Shown piece after piece: positions 1-8,726 of a stretch of DNA of 33,816 nucleotides. The position numbers and the translations under genes were made by a program. The first letter of the stretch is position 1; each line of letters begins with the position of its first letter. The notes beneath the pieces were generated by a model. It searched no databases. It was not told the origin of the DNA and saw nothing but the letters and a program-made list of their open reading frames with translations. Source of the DNA: Clostridia bacterium (lineage in GTDB: Bacteria; Bacillota; Clostridia; Caldicoprobacterales; UBA3941); contig DASRNX010000065.1 in assembly GCA_035647175.1 (NCBI GenBank), positions 1-33,816 of the forward strand. Reading direction: 5' to 3'.

Positions 1-1839
1 TCCGGTTATGTTGATAATGAATACCCTAAACAGCAATTGATAGATTATCATGTTCGGAGAGTAATAGGCGGATGCGCTATGAATATTGTAGAGATTGCAG
101 CCGTTCATCCAACAACGAAATCCCCCACGATTTTAGGGATATATGATGATAAGTTTATACCGGGCCTTACCGAATTGGCAAAAGCAATTAAGGATGCCGG
201 AGGTATTGCCTGCATTCAGATTTGGCACGGGGGCAGACAGACATCAGGTAAGCCCTTTGGCGGGCAACCCGTAGCTCCGTCCGTAGTTACCAGTGCATTT
301 ATTGGGGAAGAGCCCAGAGCCTTGACCCTTGAGGAAGTTAAGGAGATGATCTCGAGCTACGGCGATGCTGCGGTAAGAGCAAAGAAAGCCGGCTTCGACG
401 CTGTTGAAATTCATGGTGCACATGGCTATCTAATAGATCAATTCCTCAACCCCTACACCAACCATAGAACCGATCAATACGGAGGCAGCCTCGAAAACAG
501 GGCTCGTTTCGGTTGTGAGGTAATTAGGGATGTCCGTTCAAAGGTAGGTAACGATTTCCCGCTTATTCTGCGAATGAGCGCGATCGAACATGTAGAAGGC
601 GGTATAGAGCTGGAGGAGGCTATCGAGGCGGCAAAGCTATATGTAAAATCCGGGCTTGATGCGTTGGATGTTTCGCAGGGTTGCTACGATGCATTGGCGT
701 ATACCGTTCCGCCTTACTATTACCCACAAAAGCTAAATGCCTATAACGCTTCTCAAATAAAAAAGCATACAGGTGTTCCTATGATCGTGGCCGGAAGAAT
801 TACCCATCCGGAGCTTGCCGAGGAAGTGCTTCAAGACGGTATGGCGGACTTTATCGGCCTGGGAAGACCGCTGCTGGCAGACCCGGATTTTATTAAAAAG
901 ACCACGGAGGGAAACACCGATGATATTGTACGCTGTATTGCCTGTAACCAGGGTTGTGTCGGGAGAATGTTTAATGGCCTTGGGAACAGTTGCATATTCA
1001 ACCCCGCCACCGGCCACGAGAGGGAAGTAATAGTAAAGCCCGCCTCGCAAAAGAAAAAGGTACTGGTTATAGGGGGAGGTCCTGCGGGATTAGAAGCAGC
1101 TAGGATAGCAAAGATCCGAGGTCATGAAGTTATTCTTTTAGAGAAAGATGTTGCCTTGGGCGGACAATTTATCGAAGCCGGGCATGCACCCCATAAGGAC
1201 ATTTTCTCCAAAGCGGCAATCCATATGGGGTACCGAGCATTTAAAGCAGGTGTCGATATAAGGGTCTACACTGCCGCAAATAGGGAAAGAATCAGGGAAA
1301 TTAACCCTGATGTAGTCATTGTGGCTACCGGGGCCGATCCCATTATACCGAATATCCCGGGAATCCATGGCCCCAACGTGTTTGAGGCAAGGAAGGTTAT
1401 AGTTTCAGACCAATTGATCAGGGCAGATCATGTAGCTATTATAGGCGGAGGGCTTATCGGGCTCGAAGCTATGGAAATCCTCAGCTACCAAGGCAAGAAG
1501 GTGGAAATAGTGGAGATGACGGGCGAGATTGGCAAAGACCTTGAGATGTATATAAAGCCTTATGTCTTCGGTGTTATAGATGAAATGTCCGTGGTGGTCC
1601 ATAAGAATACGAAATGTATTGAAATTAATGATGAATCCATCACTGTAGAAAAGGAAGGAAAACAACACAGGATTCCTTGTGGTGCGGTTGTCATTGCCGT
1701 GGGCTCTAAGAGTAACACATCCGTTGCGGATATGGCAGAGGAACTAGGCTACGAGTATTATATAATTGGCGATGCCAAGGAACCATCAAAACTCTTGCCT
1801 GCCATATGGGGAGGAAACGAAATCGCCAGAAGCATCTAG
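1..1839 (+). CDS. NADH:flavin oxidoreductase of the 2,4-dienoyl-CoA reductase / 2-enoate reductase family (5' end lies outside the window)
   Basis: Frame 1 is open from base 1 (SGYVDNEYPKQQL precedes the ATG at 37), so the N-terminus is cut by the window edge. It has an OYE-type barrel motif HGAHGYLIDQFL and a 4Fe-4S motif CIACNQGC...C. Two GxGxxG folds follow (VIGGGPAGLEAA, IIGGGLIGLEAM). Confidence 0.85.
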   Translation, partial: SGYVDNEYPKQQLIDYHVRRVIGGCAMNIVEIAAVHPTTKSPTILGIYDDKFIPGLTELAKAIKDAGGIACIQIWHGGRQTSGKPFGGQPVAPSVVTSAFIGEEPRALTLEEVKEMISSYGDAAVRAKKAGFDAVEIHGAHGYLIDQFLNPYTNHRTDQYGGSLENRARFGCEVIRDVRSKVGNDFPLILRMSAIEHVEGGIELEEAIEAAKLYVKSGLDALDVSQGCYDALAYTVPPYYYPQKLNAYNASQIKKHTGVPMIVAGRITHPELAEEVLQDGMADFIGLGRPLLADPDFIKKTTEGNTDDIVRCIACNQGCVGRMFNGLGNSCIFNPATGHEREVIVKPASQKKKVLVIGGGPAGLEAARIAKIRGHEVILLEKDVALGGQFIEAGHAPHKDIFSKAAIHMGYRAFKAGVDIRVYTAANRERIREINPDVVIVATGADPIIPNIPGIHGPNVFEARKVIVSDQLIRADHVAIIGGGLIGLEAMEILSYQGKKVEIVEMTGEIGKDLEMYIKPYVFGVIDEMSVVVHKNTKCIEINDESITVEKEGKQHRIPCGAVVIAVGSKSNTSVADMAEELGYEYYIIGDAKEPSKLLPAIWGGNEIARSI

Positions 1840-1853
1840 GCTAATGCTTTTTT

Positions 1854-1909
1854 GTTAACCTGTTGTGCTAGCTCAATATGTCGGTAACGAACTAGCACAA
1901 CAGGTTAAC
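1854..1909. repeat. Perfect 18-bp inverted repeat (gttaacctgttgtgctag / ctagcacaacaggttaac) with a 20-nt loop between convergent gene ends; possible atypical terminator
   Basis: Arms at 1854-1871 and 1892-1909 are exact reverse complements. A T-run precedes rather than follows the stem on the + strand, so it is not a canonical intrinsic terminator. Confidence 0.6.
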
Positions 1910-2298
1910 TAATAAATCGCTACCGGCCCGTGGGGTCCGCGGATAATTTCTATTTCCGTATCAAAAATATCGGTTAAAATTTCTTGATCCATTACTTCTT
2001 CTACCGGTCCAAATACCGCAATTTTTCCGTCCTTCATAGCACAGATCCTATCGGAATATTGCGCCGCAAAGTTTATATCATGCATCACGGTTAAAATCGT
2101 TCTTCCAAACTCATTGGCAACGTGTCTCAAGTGCTTCATCATCTGTACAGATCGGGCAACATCAAGGTTGTTGAATGCCTCATCCAGAAGCAGGTATTCG
2201 GTCTCTTGGCTTAAAGCCATAGCCACATATGCCCTTTGCCTTTGTCCCCCCGAGGAGCTCATCTAAATATCTGTTTTCCAGATCGGTGAGGCTCAAGT
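1909..2298 (-). pseudogene. Remnant of an iron-siderophore-type ABC transporter ATP-binding gene (C-terminal half only, frameshifted)
   Basis: The ORF at 1909-2262 encodes SGGQRQR (ABC signature), LLLDE (Walker B) and VMHD (H-loop). It has no Walker A or Q-loop. The preceding segment LSLTDLENRYLDEL lies in another frame (about 2255-2296), which implies a 1-nt frameshift near 2250-2256. Homology stops at the tRNA terminator. Confidence 0.75.
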
Positions 2299-2300
2299 AG

Positions 2301-2342
2301 AAAGAGAAAAGCCATGTATGGATTTTCCCATACATGGCTTTT
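2301..2342 (-). terminator. Rho-independent terminator downstream of tRNA-Leu(GAG)
   Basis: On the minus strand the stem is gccatgtatgg / ccatacatggc (2311-2321 and 2328-2338) with a 6-nt loop. It is followed by ttttctcttt. Confidence 0.8.
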
Positions 2343-2346
2343 AAAA

Positions 2347-2432
2347 TGGTGCGGGTGATGGGACTTGAACCCATACGTCGGTTAGACATACGGCCCTCAA
2401 CCGTACCTGTCTGCCAATTCCAGCACACCCGC
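2347..2432 (-). tRNA. tRNA-Leu (anticodon GAG), class II with long variable arm, CCA encoded
   Basis: The reverse complement reads GCGGGTG..TACGG-TTGAGGG-CCGTA..ATGGG-TTCAAGT-CCCAT-CACCCGC-A-CCA. The acceptor, anticodon and T arms pair correctly. The anticodon loop gives GAG with G37. Confidence 0.93.
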
Positions 2433-2524
2433 AAATATTGATTTTGATATCACCAAATAGATAATTGATGAGCTTGGGTTTCAAAAAATGAAATTATCAA
2501 TATTATAGACTAAAACGCCATCTA

Positions 2525-2666
2525 TTATAACATCGGAAGCAATTGCATTGGCAATTGCAACACACAGGTTTCAACGAGGCGGGTGATTTATACCCACCGC
2601 CTGTTTTACTAATCGGAGCTTACTCGCCGCTTATAAAAGCGGGAGACATCTTACCGACTCGTTATA
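2525..2666 (-). repeat. Family A interspersed structured repeat, copy A1
   Basis: It shares ordered blocks with 21585-21724 and 25334-25472. These are the end motif ttataacatcggaag / cttaccgactcgttata, hairpin gcaattgc-attg-gcaattgc (2539-2558), a GC-rich hairpin (2577-2602) and hairpin ctcgccgctt-ataa-aagcgggag (2623-2645). Confidence 0.8.
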
Positions 2667-2711
2667 TTTTTGAAACTCCCTCGCTGCATCTATTTTAGAG
2701 TAACAAGTTAT

Positions 2712-2740
2712 ATTATAATATCCCATGGGGCTCCTGTCAA
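2712..2740 (-). promoter_or_regulatory. Consensus sigma-A promoter (TTGACA-17-TATAAT) reading toward copy A1 and tRNA-Leu(GAG)
   Basis: The minus strand reads cTTGACAggagccccatgggatatTATAATa, with -35 at 2740-2735 and -10 at 2717-2712. An A/T-rich tract (ataaaaatttt) lies upstream like an UP element. Confidence 0.6.
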
Positions 2741-2899
2741 GGGCGAAAATTTTTATCCCCCGGGCACCAGCTTGCAGTATTGTGCGGACTGGAAACTTGT
2801 GAAATTAGCTATTTTAAAACCCCACCAAACCGCACATTGAAGCTTCTGAGTATTTGACAAGTTTTTCCCTCTGCTATCAAGATCCCCGTAGGCTTCGGG

Positions 2900-4585
2900 T
2901 TATTTATTTAAGTACCATTCGCTTATATCCCGAAAAACCATGAGCTCCCTAGGGGCCCTAATTCCGTGAACCCTTTCGTTAGCAATAAGGGATGATGTCC
3001 TATAGTACAAGCTGAGGATCGGCAGCTCGTCAACCAAAATTTCTTGCACTTCCCTATATGCATCTTTGAATTCTGACGGATCATCGGTCTGGGCTATTCG
3101 GTCTAATAAATCATCCAACTCTTCGTTACTATATCCGGCATAATTATTAAATCCATCCGGAATATCCGATGAATAAAACAAACGTCTGAGATCAATGGCC
3201 ATATCGGAATAGTATTCTACGAATACCGCCTCAAAGTCTCCTTCCTCGAGGGCTATAATATACTCCTCCCAAGGTAAGAGTCTGATTATAACTTCTATCC
3301 CCACTTCCTCCAATTGTTTTGCAATTAGATTTACAGCCTCCTTATGCAAGATATTGTCCATATGAACATTAATGGTAAATGTGGGGTGCAGGGTCTCCTC
3401 ATCATCGTCATCCGAAATGTCATCATAAGAATCCACCCATCCGGCCTCGGCAAGGAGTTGTCGCGCTTTTTGTGGTTGATGGTCATACATCCTTAAATCA
3501 GAATCATAATACCAGGCATCCGGGGGTATGGGGGCATCAACCGCTTGGGCATTACCGGAATATACCCTGGGGATAATGTCCTTTCTGTCTATTCCATAGG
3601 CTATTGCTTGTCTGATATCGCTATCTCTCAGTATCCCGGGAAAATTATGATTGATACCGATGTAGTTGAAATGCTGGGTCAGATAAGGGTATGATTGGGC
3701 CTGACCCTCCGTCCCGTAGGATTTTCCGTATATTACATGGGTATCCACCAGGTCCACTTGCCCCTTCTTAAAAGCCTCCAAAGATTGTACATTATCCTCA
3801 TACACCTTAACAATAATGCTATCAATATAAGGCTTTGATATACCCCACCAATCATCATTTCTTATTAACTTAACCTGTTCACCAATTTCCAGACTGCCGG
3901 AGTCTACTTTATATAGACCCGTCCCGTTGAGGGATTCTATTTCATCCGGATCGAAATCAAACTCCCCCTCATCGGCAGGCAGTATAGGAAAAGTCATGGC
4001 TTCCAACAGCCCCCTCCCTGCCGGCTCATTTAGCACCAAATCCACTGCATAAGGATTATTTATGACAAATTCCATGCGTGCGACGCTCCTGTCGTCAAAT
4101 AATCTTCTTGCATAGACGGACCCTGGATCTTGTCCTTCCAACTCCTGCGCCAGATTAAACAACATATCAAAGGTGAATTTTACGTCCTTGGCTGTTAGTT
4201 CATTCCCATGATGCCAGCTAACCCCCCTGCGGAGTTGGAACCGCCATAATTTCCCTCCATCGGTCACTTCCCATGATTCGGCTAACATCGGAACCAAGTT
4301 CAGGTCCTTATCATACGAAAACAGGCCTTCGTAGATAAGCCCCGAGAGATTAATGAAATCCCTTGATTTGGTTAAAAGCGGATTAATACTCTCGGGCAAT
4401 GAAACAGGAATTCTCAGTTGACCCCCTGCCTCCGGTAACGTAGGCTGAGGGGACGAGCCTATTTCCTCTTTGGGATCTTCTTGGATTTCATCCTGCGGTA
4501 TCGGCAAAATGTTTGACATACTGCACCCCATTATAGAAAATAGCATGGAGAATGTAACTAAGCTGTATAAGATTTTGCGTATCAT
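2900..4585 (-). CDS. ABC transporter substrate-binding lipoprotein, family 5 (peptide/nickel type)
   Basis: The 561-aa ORF has a signal peptide with lipobox LFSIMGC. Its overall sequence resembles OppA/DppA-type binding proteins. A GGAAGGA RBS lies 9 nt upstream. Confidence 0.8.
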   Translation of the reverse strand: MIRKILYSLVTFSMLFSIMGCSMSNILPIPQDEIQEDPKEEIGSSPQPTLPEAGGQLRIPVSLPESINPLLTKSRDFINLSGLIYEGLFSYDKDLNLVPMLAESWEVTDGGKLWRFQLRRGVSWHHGNELTAKDVKFTFDMLFNLAQELEGQDPGSVYARRLFDDRSVARMEFVINNPYAVDLVLNEPAGRGLLEAMTFPILPADEGEFDFDPDEIESLNGTGLYKVDSGSLEIGEQVKLIRNDDWWGISKPYIDSIIVKVYEDNVQSLEAFKKGQVDLVDTHVIYGKSYGTEGQAQSYPYLTQHFNYIGINHNFPGILRDSDIRQAIAYGIDRKDIIPRVYSGNAQAVDAPIPPDAWYYDSDLRMYDHQPQKARQLLAEAGWVDSYDDISDDDDEETLHPTFTINVHMDNILHKEAVNLIAKQLEEVGIEVIIRLLPWEEYIIALEEGDFEAVFVEYYSDMAIDLRRLFYSSDIPDGFNNYAGYSNEELDDLLDRIAQTDDPSEFKDAYREVQEILVDELPILSLYYRTSSLIANERVHGIRAPRELMVFRDISEWYLNK

Positions 4586-4603
4586 TGGGGCATTTCCTTC
4601 CCG

Positions 4604-5164
4604 TTAAATTTCATATAGTTTTTTATATTGTTTAGAGGCATCATCTACCCTCTCAAGATAATCCCTGGTCTCCTTAAAAGGTATACTCTTAAGGTGCCTT
4701 CCGTCATCGCTGTATCTGTCATCTTTAAGCCATTTCTTAACGTTGCCCATCCCGCCGTTATAGGATGCCAAGGCCAACTCCACATCGCCGTCAAACAACC
4801 CCAACAAATAGGCAAAATACCAGCAGCCGAAGCGAATATTGGTCTCCGGATCATAGAGGCTCTCCTCGTCATATTCATCCATACCTATCTGATCTGCGAT
4901 CCACTTACCTGTGTTAGGAATGATTTGCATAAGGCCTTTGGCGTCCTTATTGGATGTAGCCTCGGGAACAAACTTGCTCTCTACCCATATAATCCCCATG
5001 ACCAAATGTGGATCCAGATCATATTGCCGGGAAAACTCCAATATCTCTTCCTCATACTTTAACGGATAGATTCTTTTTTGCATTATGGGAGATTTTAAAA
5101 ACCAGTATATAAAAACAATTCCTATTAAAAACAGTAGCACAACCCAATATAAAATTTTCTTCAT
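4604..5164 (-). CDS. Membrane-anchored lytic transglycosylase (SLT domain)
   Basis: It has an N-terminal TM helix and SLT motifs VESKF, GLMQI and ASYNGG. It sits downstream of coaE, as is common in Firmicutes. Confidence 0.85.
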   Translation of the reverse strand: MKKILYWVVLLFLIGIVFIYWFLKSPIMQKRIYPLKYEEEILEFSRQYDLDPHLVMGIIWVESKFVPEATSNKDAKGLMQIIPNTGKWIADQIGMDEYDEESLYDPETNIRFGCWYFAYLLGLFDGDVELALASYNGGMGNVKKWLKDDRYSDDGRHLKSIPFKETRDYLERVDDASKQYKKLYEI

Positions 5165-5186
5165 GGTGTTCCCCGCTATCCCTTCA

Positions 5187-5795
5187 CTACCTATATATTT
5201 CTTTCAGAGTCTGGTTCCAGGCTCTATCCACCTGACTGCGCAGGTTATCCATATCGGAGTCATTAAGAATAATCCTGTCCGCCTTAGCGTTCTTATCCTC
5301 TTGGCTCATCTGGCTGTCCATTCGTTTTAACGCCCCATCCCTAGATAGGCCGTCCCGATCCATAAGCCTTGTTATTCTCATCTCCAAGGGTGCATCGACC
5401 ACCCATACTTCATCCGCTATATCATCCCATCCCACTTCAAGCAATAGAGCTGCATCAATTACTACGATTCCCGTGTAGTTCTGGATTTTTAGTTCGTCAA
5501 GCCTGTCTATTATATTGTTTCTTATGGCAGGATGGACGATATGATTCAGTCTTTGCAGTGCATGCCTATGGGAAAACACCAATTCCCCCAACTTTCTTCG
5601 GTTTAGCTCCCCGTCTGCCTGAAAATATCCCAGCCCGAATTCGTCCCTTATCTTTTTCCATGCCGGGCTCTCCTTTGCTACTATTTCCCTGGCTATAATA
5701 TCGGCGTCGATGACCTTAGCCCCAAGCTTGGATAAAATTTTTGACACCCGAGATTTCCCGGCGGCAATTCCACCCGTTAATCCAATAATTCTCAT
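5187..5795 (-). CDS. coaE: Dephospho-CoA kinase
   Basis: The P-loop IGLTGGIAAGKS is at the N-terminus. The start is set at the ATG at 5795 because GGAGG lies 6 nt upstream. The longer track ORF adds 10 unsupported residues. Confidence 0.9.
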   Translation of the reverse strand: MRIIGLTGGIAAGKSRVSKILSKLGAKVIDADIIAREIVAKESPAWKKIRDEFGLGYFQADGELNRRKLGELVFSHRHALQRLNHIVHPAIRNNIIDRLDELKIQNYTGIVVIDAALLLEVGWDDIADEVWVVDAPLEMRITRLMDRDGLSRDGALKRMDSQMSQEDKNAKADRIILNDSDMDNLRSQVDRAWNQTLKEIYR

Positions 5796-5875
5796 TATAG
5801 CCTCCAATTTGCCCTCCATCTGCACCTTCTGTAAATTTATAAAATGTTTACTTGGGAAATTAAAGCCCGGTAGGT

Positions 5876-8464
5876 CTATTTTACATCGTACCAGCTGGAC
5901 CCTACCCCAATATCCACAATTAATGGAACGGACAGCTCCATAGCATTTTCCATCTTGTCCCTCAGTATCTCCTTTACCTCTTCCAATTCGGGTCTGTAAG
6001 CATCGATAATCAATTCGTCATGGACCTGGAGTACCAGCTTTGATCTCAGACCTCTTGACTTTAGTTCATAATAAACATCATTCATGGCCTTTTTGATAAT
6101 ATCCGCTGCAGTCCCCTGGATCGGAGTGTTCATGGCAATCCTTTCCCCGAAGGATCGAATATTATAGTTTCTAGAAGATAACTCCGGAAGGTTGCGTCGT
6201 CTTCCCATAAGGGTTTTAATATAGCCCTGTTCCTTGCCCTTCTCTACCACATTATCCATATACTCCTTTATACCGGGATGCCTCTTTAAATAGCTCTCTA
6301 TATATAGGCGAGCCTTATTCCTCGATATTCCTAGATTTCTGGCCAGACCAAAGTCGCTTATTCCGTAAACTATTCCAAAGTTCACTGCCTTTGCATCATT
6401 TCGCTGTTCCGATGTTACTTCCTCTAGGGGTATTCCCAGTACCTCAGCCGCCGTCCTGCGATGAATATCCTGATTGTTTTCAAACCCATGGATGAAGGTA
6501 GGATCCTTTGATATATGGGCTAATACCCGCAGCTCTATCTGGGAATAGTCTGCGTCTAATAGGACATGATCCTCATCGCTGGGCACAAAAACCCTTCTTA
6601 TCCTCCGACCCATCTCCATGCGTACGGGAATGTTTTGAAGGTTGGGCTCGGTACTGCTAATTCTGCCCGTAGCCGTTATAGTCTGATTAAAGCTAGAGTG
6701 GATTCTGCCGTCCTTAGGGTCAATCACATTCAAGAGTCCATCTACATAGGTGGATTTTAGTTTCATTACCTGCCTATATTCCATTATCTCTCCGATAATC
6801 TCATGTTGATCCTTTAGCTGCTCCAAAACTTCTATATTGGTGGAGTAGCCGGTTTTTGTCCTCTTAACGATGGGCAATCCCAGCTTTTCAAAAAGTATCT
6901 CACCCAATTGTTTAGGCGAATTGATATTGAATTCCTGACCCGCTATTTCATATATACTCTTGGTCAGCCCCTCCAAGATGGCCGTAAATTCTACATCCAA
7001 TTCCCTGAGGATTTCACCGTTAACTTTGAAACCCGCTAACTCCATATCCGCCAGTACCTGAATCAATGGATGCTCGACCTCATTATAGAGATCATCCATA
7101 CCCACCTCTTCCAGCCTCTTCTTTAGATCATGGGCCAATAATAACAGATCTGCTGCGTCTACAATATCAACTTCTATTCCAAGGTACTCGTGGAGCAGGT
7201 ATTTCACATCATATCTGGTGTGGGTAGGATCCAACAGATAGGCCGCTATAAAGGTATCAAAGGATAGATTATTCAATTCTATATTGAGCTTTGAAGCCTC
7301 TAATAACAGTTTCTTCCCGTCATGAACAATCTTTCCTATCTCTCGGGCCTTGAGGATGGGCTCTAGGGCCTTCAATACTTCGTAATAGTCCAGCCCTCCA
7401 TCTAACATATCCCTAAATAGTTTAACGTAGTAGACCTGTCTCTTGTCCCAGGAGAAGGTAATGGCATCATCATCAAATATGAAGGCGATCCTCCCCTTAT
7501 TAAGCCCCTTGGCTACCCGAGCTTGCAGCCCATCCAAGGTCTTAACCTCTATAGTCTCCTTTACCCGCTCTAAAACTTCTAGTGATGGCCCCTGGTCATC
7601 TAAATCCAATTTATTAATAATACTGGTAAATTCCAGCTCCTCCAGTATCCCTTTTAATTCCGCAGATTTGGGCATATCATAACAGCAGTCCTCCAAATTA
7701 AAATCAATGGGCACATCCGTTATAATGGTTGCTAATTCTTTGCTGAGGAATGCCTGTTCCCTGTATAGGGTCAGGTTCTCCTTTAATCTCTTTCCGGAGA
7801 TCTGATCAACGTTATCCAAAACTAAGTCTAAGGTTGGATATTGGCTAAGAAGCTTGAGGGCAGTCTTCTCACCTACCCCGGGAACCCCGGGTATATTGTC
7901 TGAGCTATCCCCCATGAGGGCCTTAAAATCGATCATCTGGTCAGGCCTTAACCCGTAGACCTTTTCTACCTCCTTGGGATCGAAGATATGCATATCAGTG
8001 GTGCCCCTACGATTTAGCAAAACTGTGGCATCATGGGATACCAACTGCATAGCATCTCTGTCCCCGGTAACCAGATATGCATGAAAATCCTGGTTTTGTG
8101 CCAATCTGGAAAAGGTCCCTAAAATATCGTCTGCCTCGAAGCCTTCCATTTCATATACGGCTATGTTCATGGCTTTTAGCAAAGTCTTCAATAATGGAAA
8201 CTGAGGCAGCAATTCCTCAGGGGTCTTTTGGCGATTCGCCTTATAGTCCTCATATATCTCGTGCCTAAAGGTAGGTCCCTTTAAATCAAAGGCCACCCCT
8301 ATATAGTCGGGATGATATTGTTCTATTAAGTTGAGCAGCATATTGGTAAAGCCAAACACTGCATTGGTAAACACCCCTTTACTGGTGGTTAAAGCCCGAA
8401 TACCATAAAAGGCCCTATACATCAAACTGTTACCGTCTATGATTATCATTTTCTTTTTATCCAC
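5876..8464 (-). CDS. polA: DNA polymerase I
   Basis: The 862-aa ORF has a 5'-nuclease N-terminus (IIDGNSLMYRAFY) and polymerase motifs DYSQIELRVLAH and QVHDEL. The start is a GTG with a GAGAGGA RBS. An ATG five codons downstream is possible. Confidence 0.95.
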   Translation of the reverse strand: MDKKKMIIIDGNSLMYRAFYGIRALTTSKGVFTNAVFGFTNMLLNLIEQYHPDYIGVAFDLKGPTFRHEIYEDYKANRQKTPEELLPQFPLLKTLLKAMNIAVYEMEGFEADDILGTFSRLAQNQDFHAYLVTGDRDAMQLVSHDATVLLNRRGTTDMHIFDPKEVEKVYGLRPDQMIDFKALMGDSSDNIPGVPGVGEKTALKLLSQYPTLDLVLDNVDQISGKRLKENLTLYREQAFLSKELATIITDVPIDFNLEDCCYDMPKSAELKGILEELEFTSIINKLDLDDQGPSLEVLERVKETIEVKTLDGLQARVAKGLNKGRIAFIFDDDAITFSWDKRQVYYVKLFRDMLDGGLDYYEVLKALEPILKAREIGKIVHDGKKLLLEASKLNIELNNLSFDTFIAAYLLDPTHTRYDVKYLLHEYLGIEVDIVDAADLLLLAHDLKKRLEEVGMDDLYNEVEHPLIQVLADMELAGFKVNGEILRELDVEFTAILEGLTKSIYEIAGQEFNINSPKQLGEILFEKLGLPIVKRTKTGYSTNIEVLEQLKDQHEIIGEIMEYRQVMKLKSTYVDGLLNVIDPKDGRIHSSFNQTITATGRISSTEPNLQNIPVRMEMGRRIRRVFVPSDEDHVLLDADYSQIELRVLAHISKDPTFIHGFENNQDIHRRTAAEVLGIPLEEVTSEQRNDAKAVNFGIVYGISDFGLARNLGISRNKARLYIESYLKRHPGIKEYMDNVVEKGKEQGYIKTLMGRRRNLPELSSRNYNIRSFGERIAMNTPIQGTAADIIKKAMNDVYYELKSRGLRSKLVLQVHDELIIDAYRPELEEVKEILRDKMENAMELSVPLIVDIGVGSSWYDVK

Positions 8465-8726
8465 AGATCAAATTCCTCTCATCATAAGCATTATCCATAA
8501 CTTACCTATCGCTTTCCTATGCCCGCCTGCTTGAAAAACAAGCCCGAGGCTAGACACCATCAACTTTACACTATGATTCTATCATATCACGTCTTCAAAT
8601 CCAATCACAGTGTTTTACCAAATTTTGAACAGTGCATCTTTGTTACAAATGTGTTAAGATGTATTACAAATGATATACAAGTTATTACTACAATGTTTAA
8701 CAAATTACTTTTCAGGAGGTAAATTT

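Noticed and set aside
2180-2434. An 84-aa track ORF on the minus strand.
   Set aside because: It is read through the tRNA-Leu(GAG) gene and its terminator hairpin. Only its last approximately 14 codons are real, as the out-of-frame piece of the ABC pseudogene.
2525-2666. Family A was considered as a T-box leader, a riboswitch or a self-cleaving ribozyme, prompted by the circular permutation seen in A4.
   Set aside because: There is no T-box sequence (AAnnnGGGTGGTACCGCG-like) or specifier architecture. The hammerhead CUGAUGA/GAAA core is not conserved across copies (only A2 has CTGATG). I could not match twister or pistol cores by eye.
8457-8499. A perfect DnaA box TTATCCACA (8457-8465) overlaps the polA start codon, and a one-mismatch box TTATCCATA lies at 8491-8499.
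   Set aside because: One perfect 9-mer in about 68 kb of two-strand sequence is close to chance expectation. There is no AT-rich unwinding element or box cluster. This is not an origin and not convincingly regulatory.
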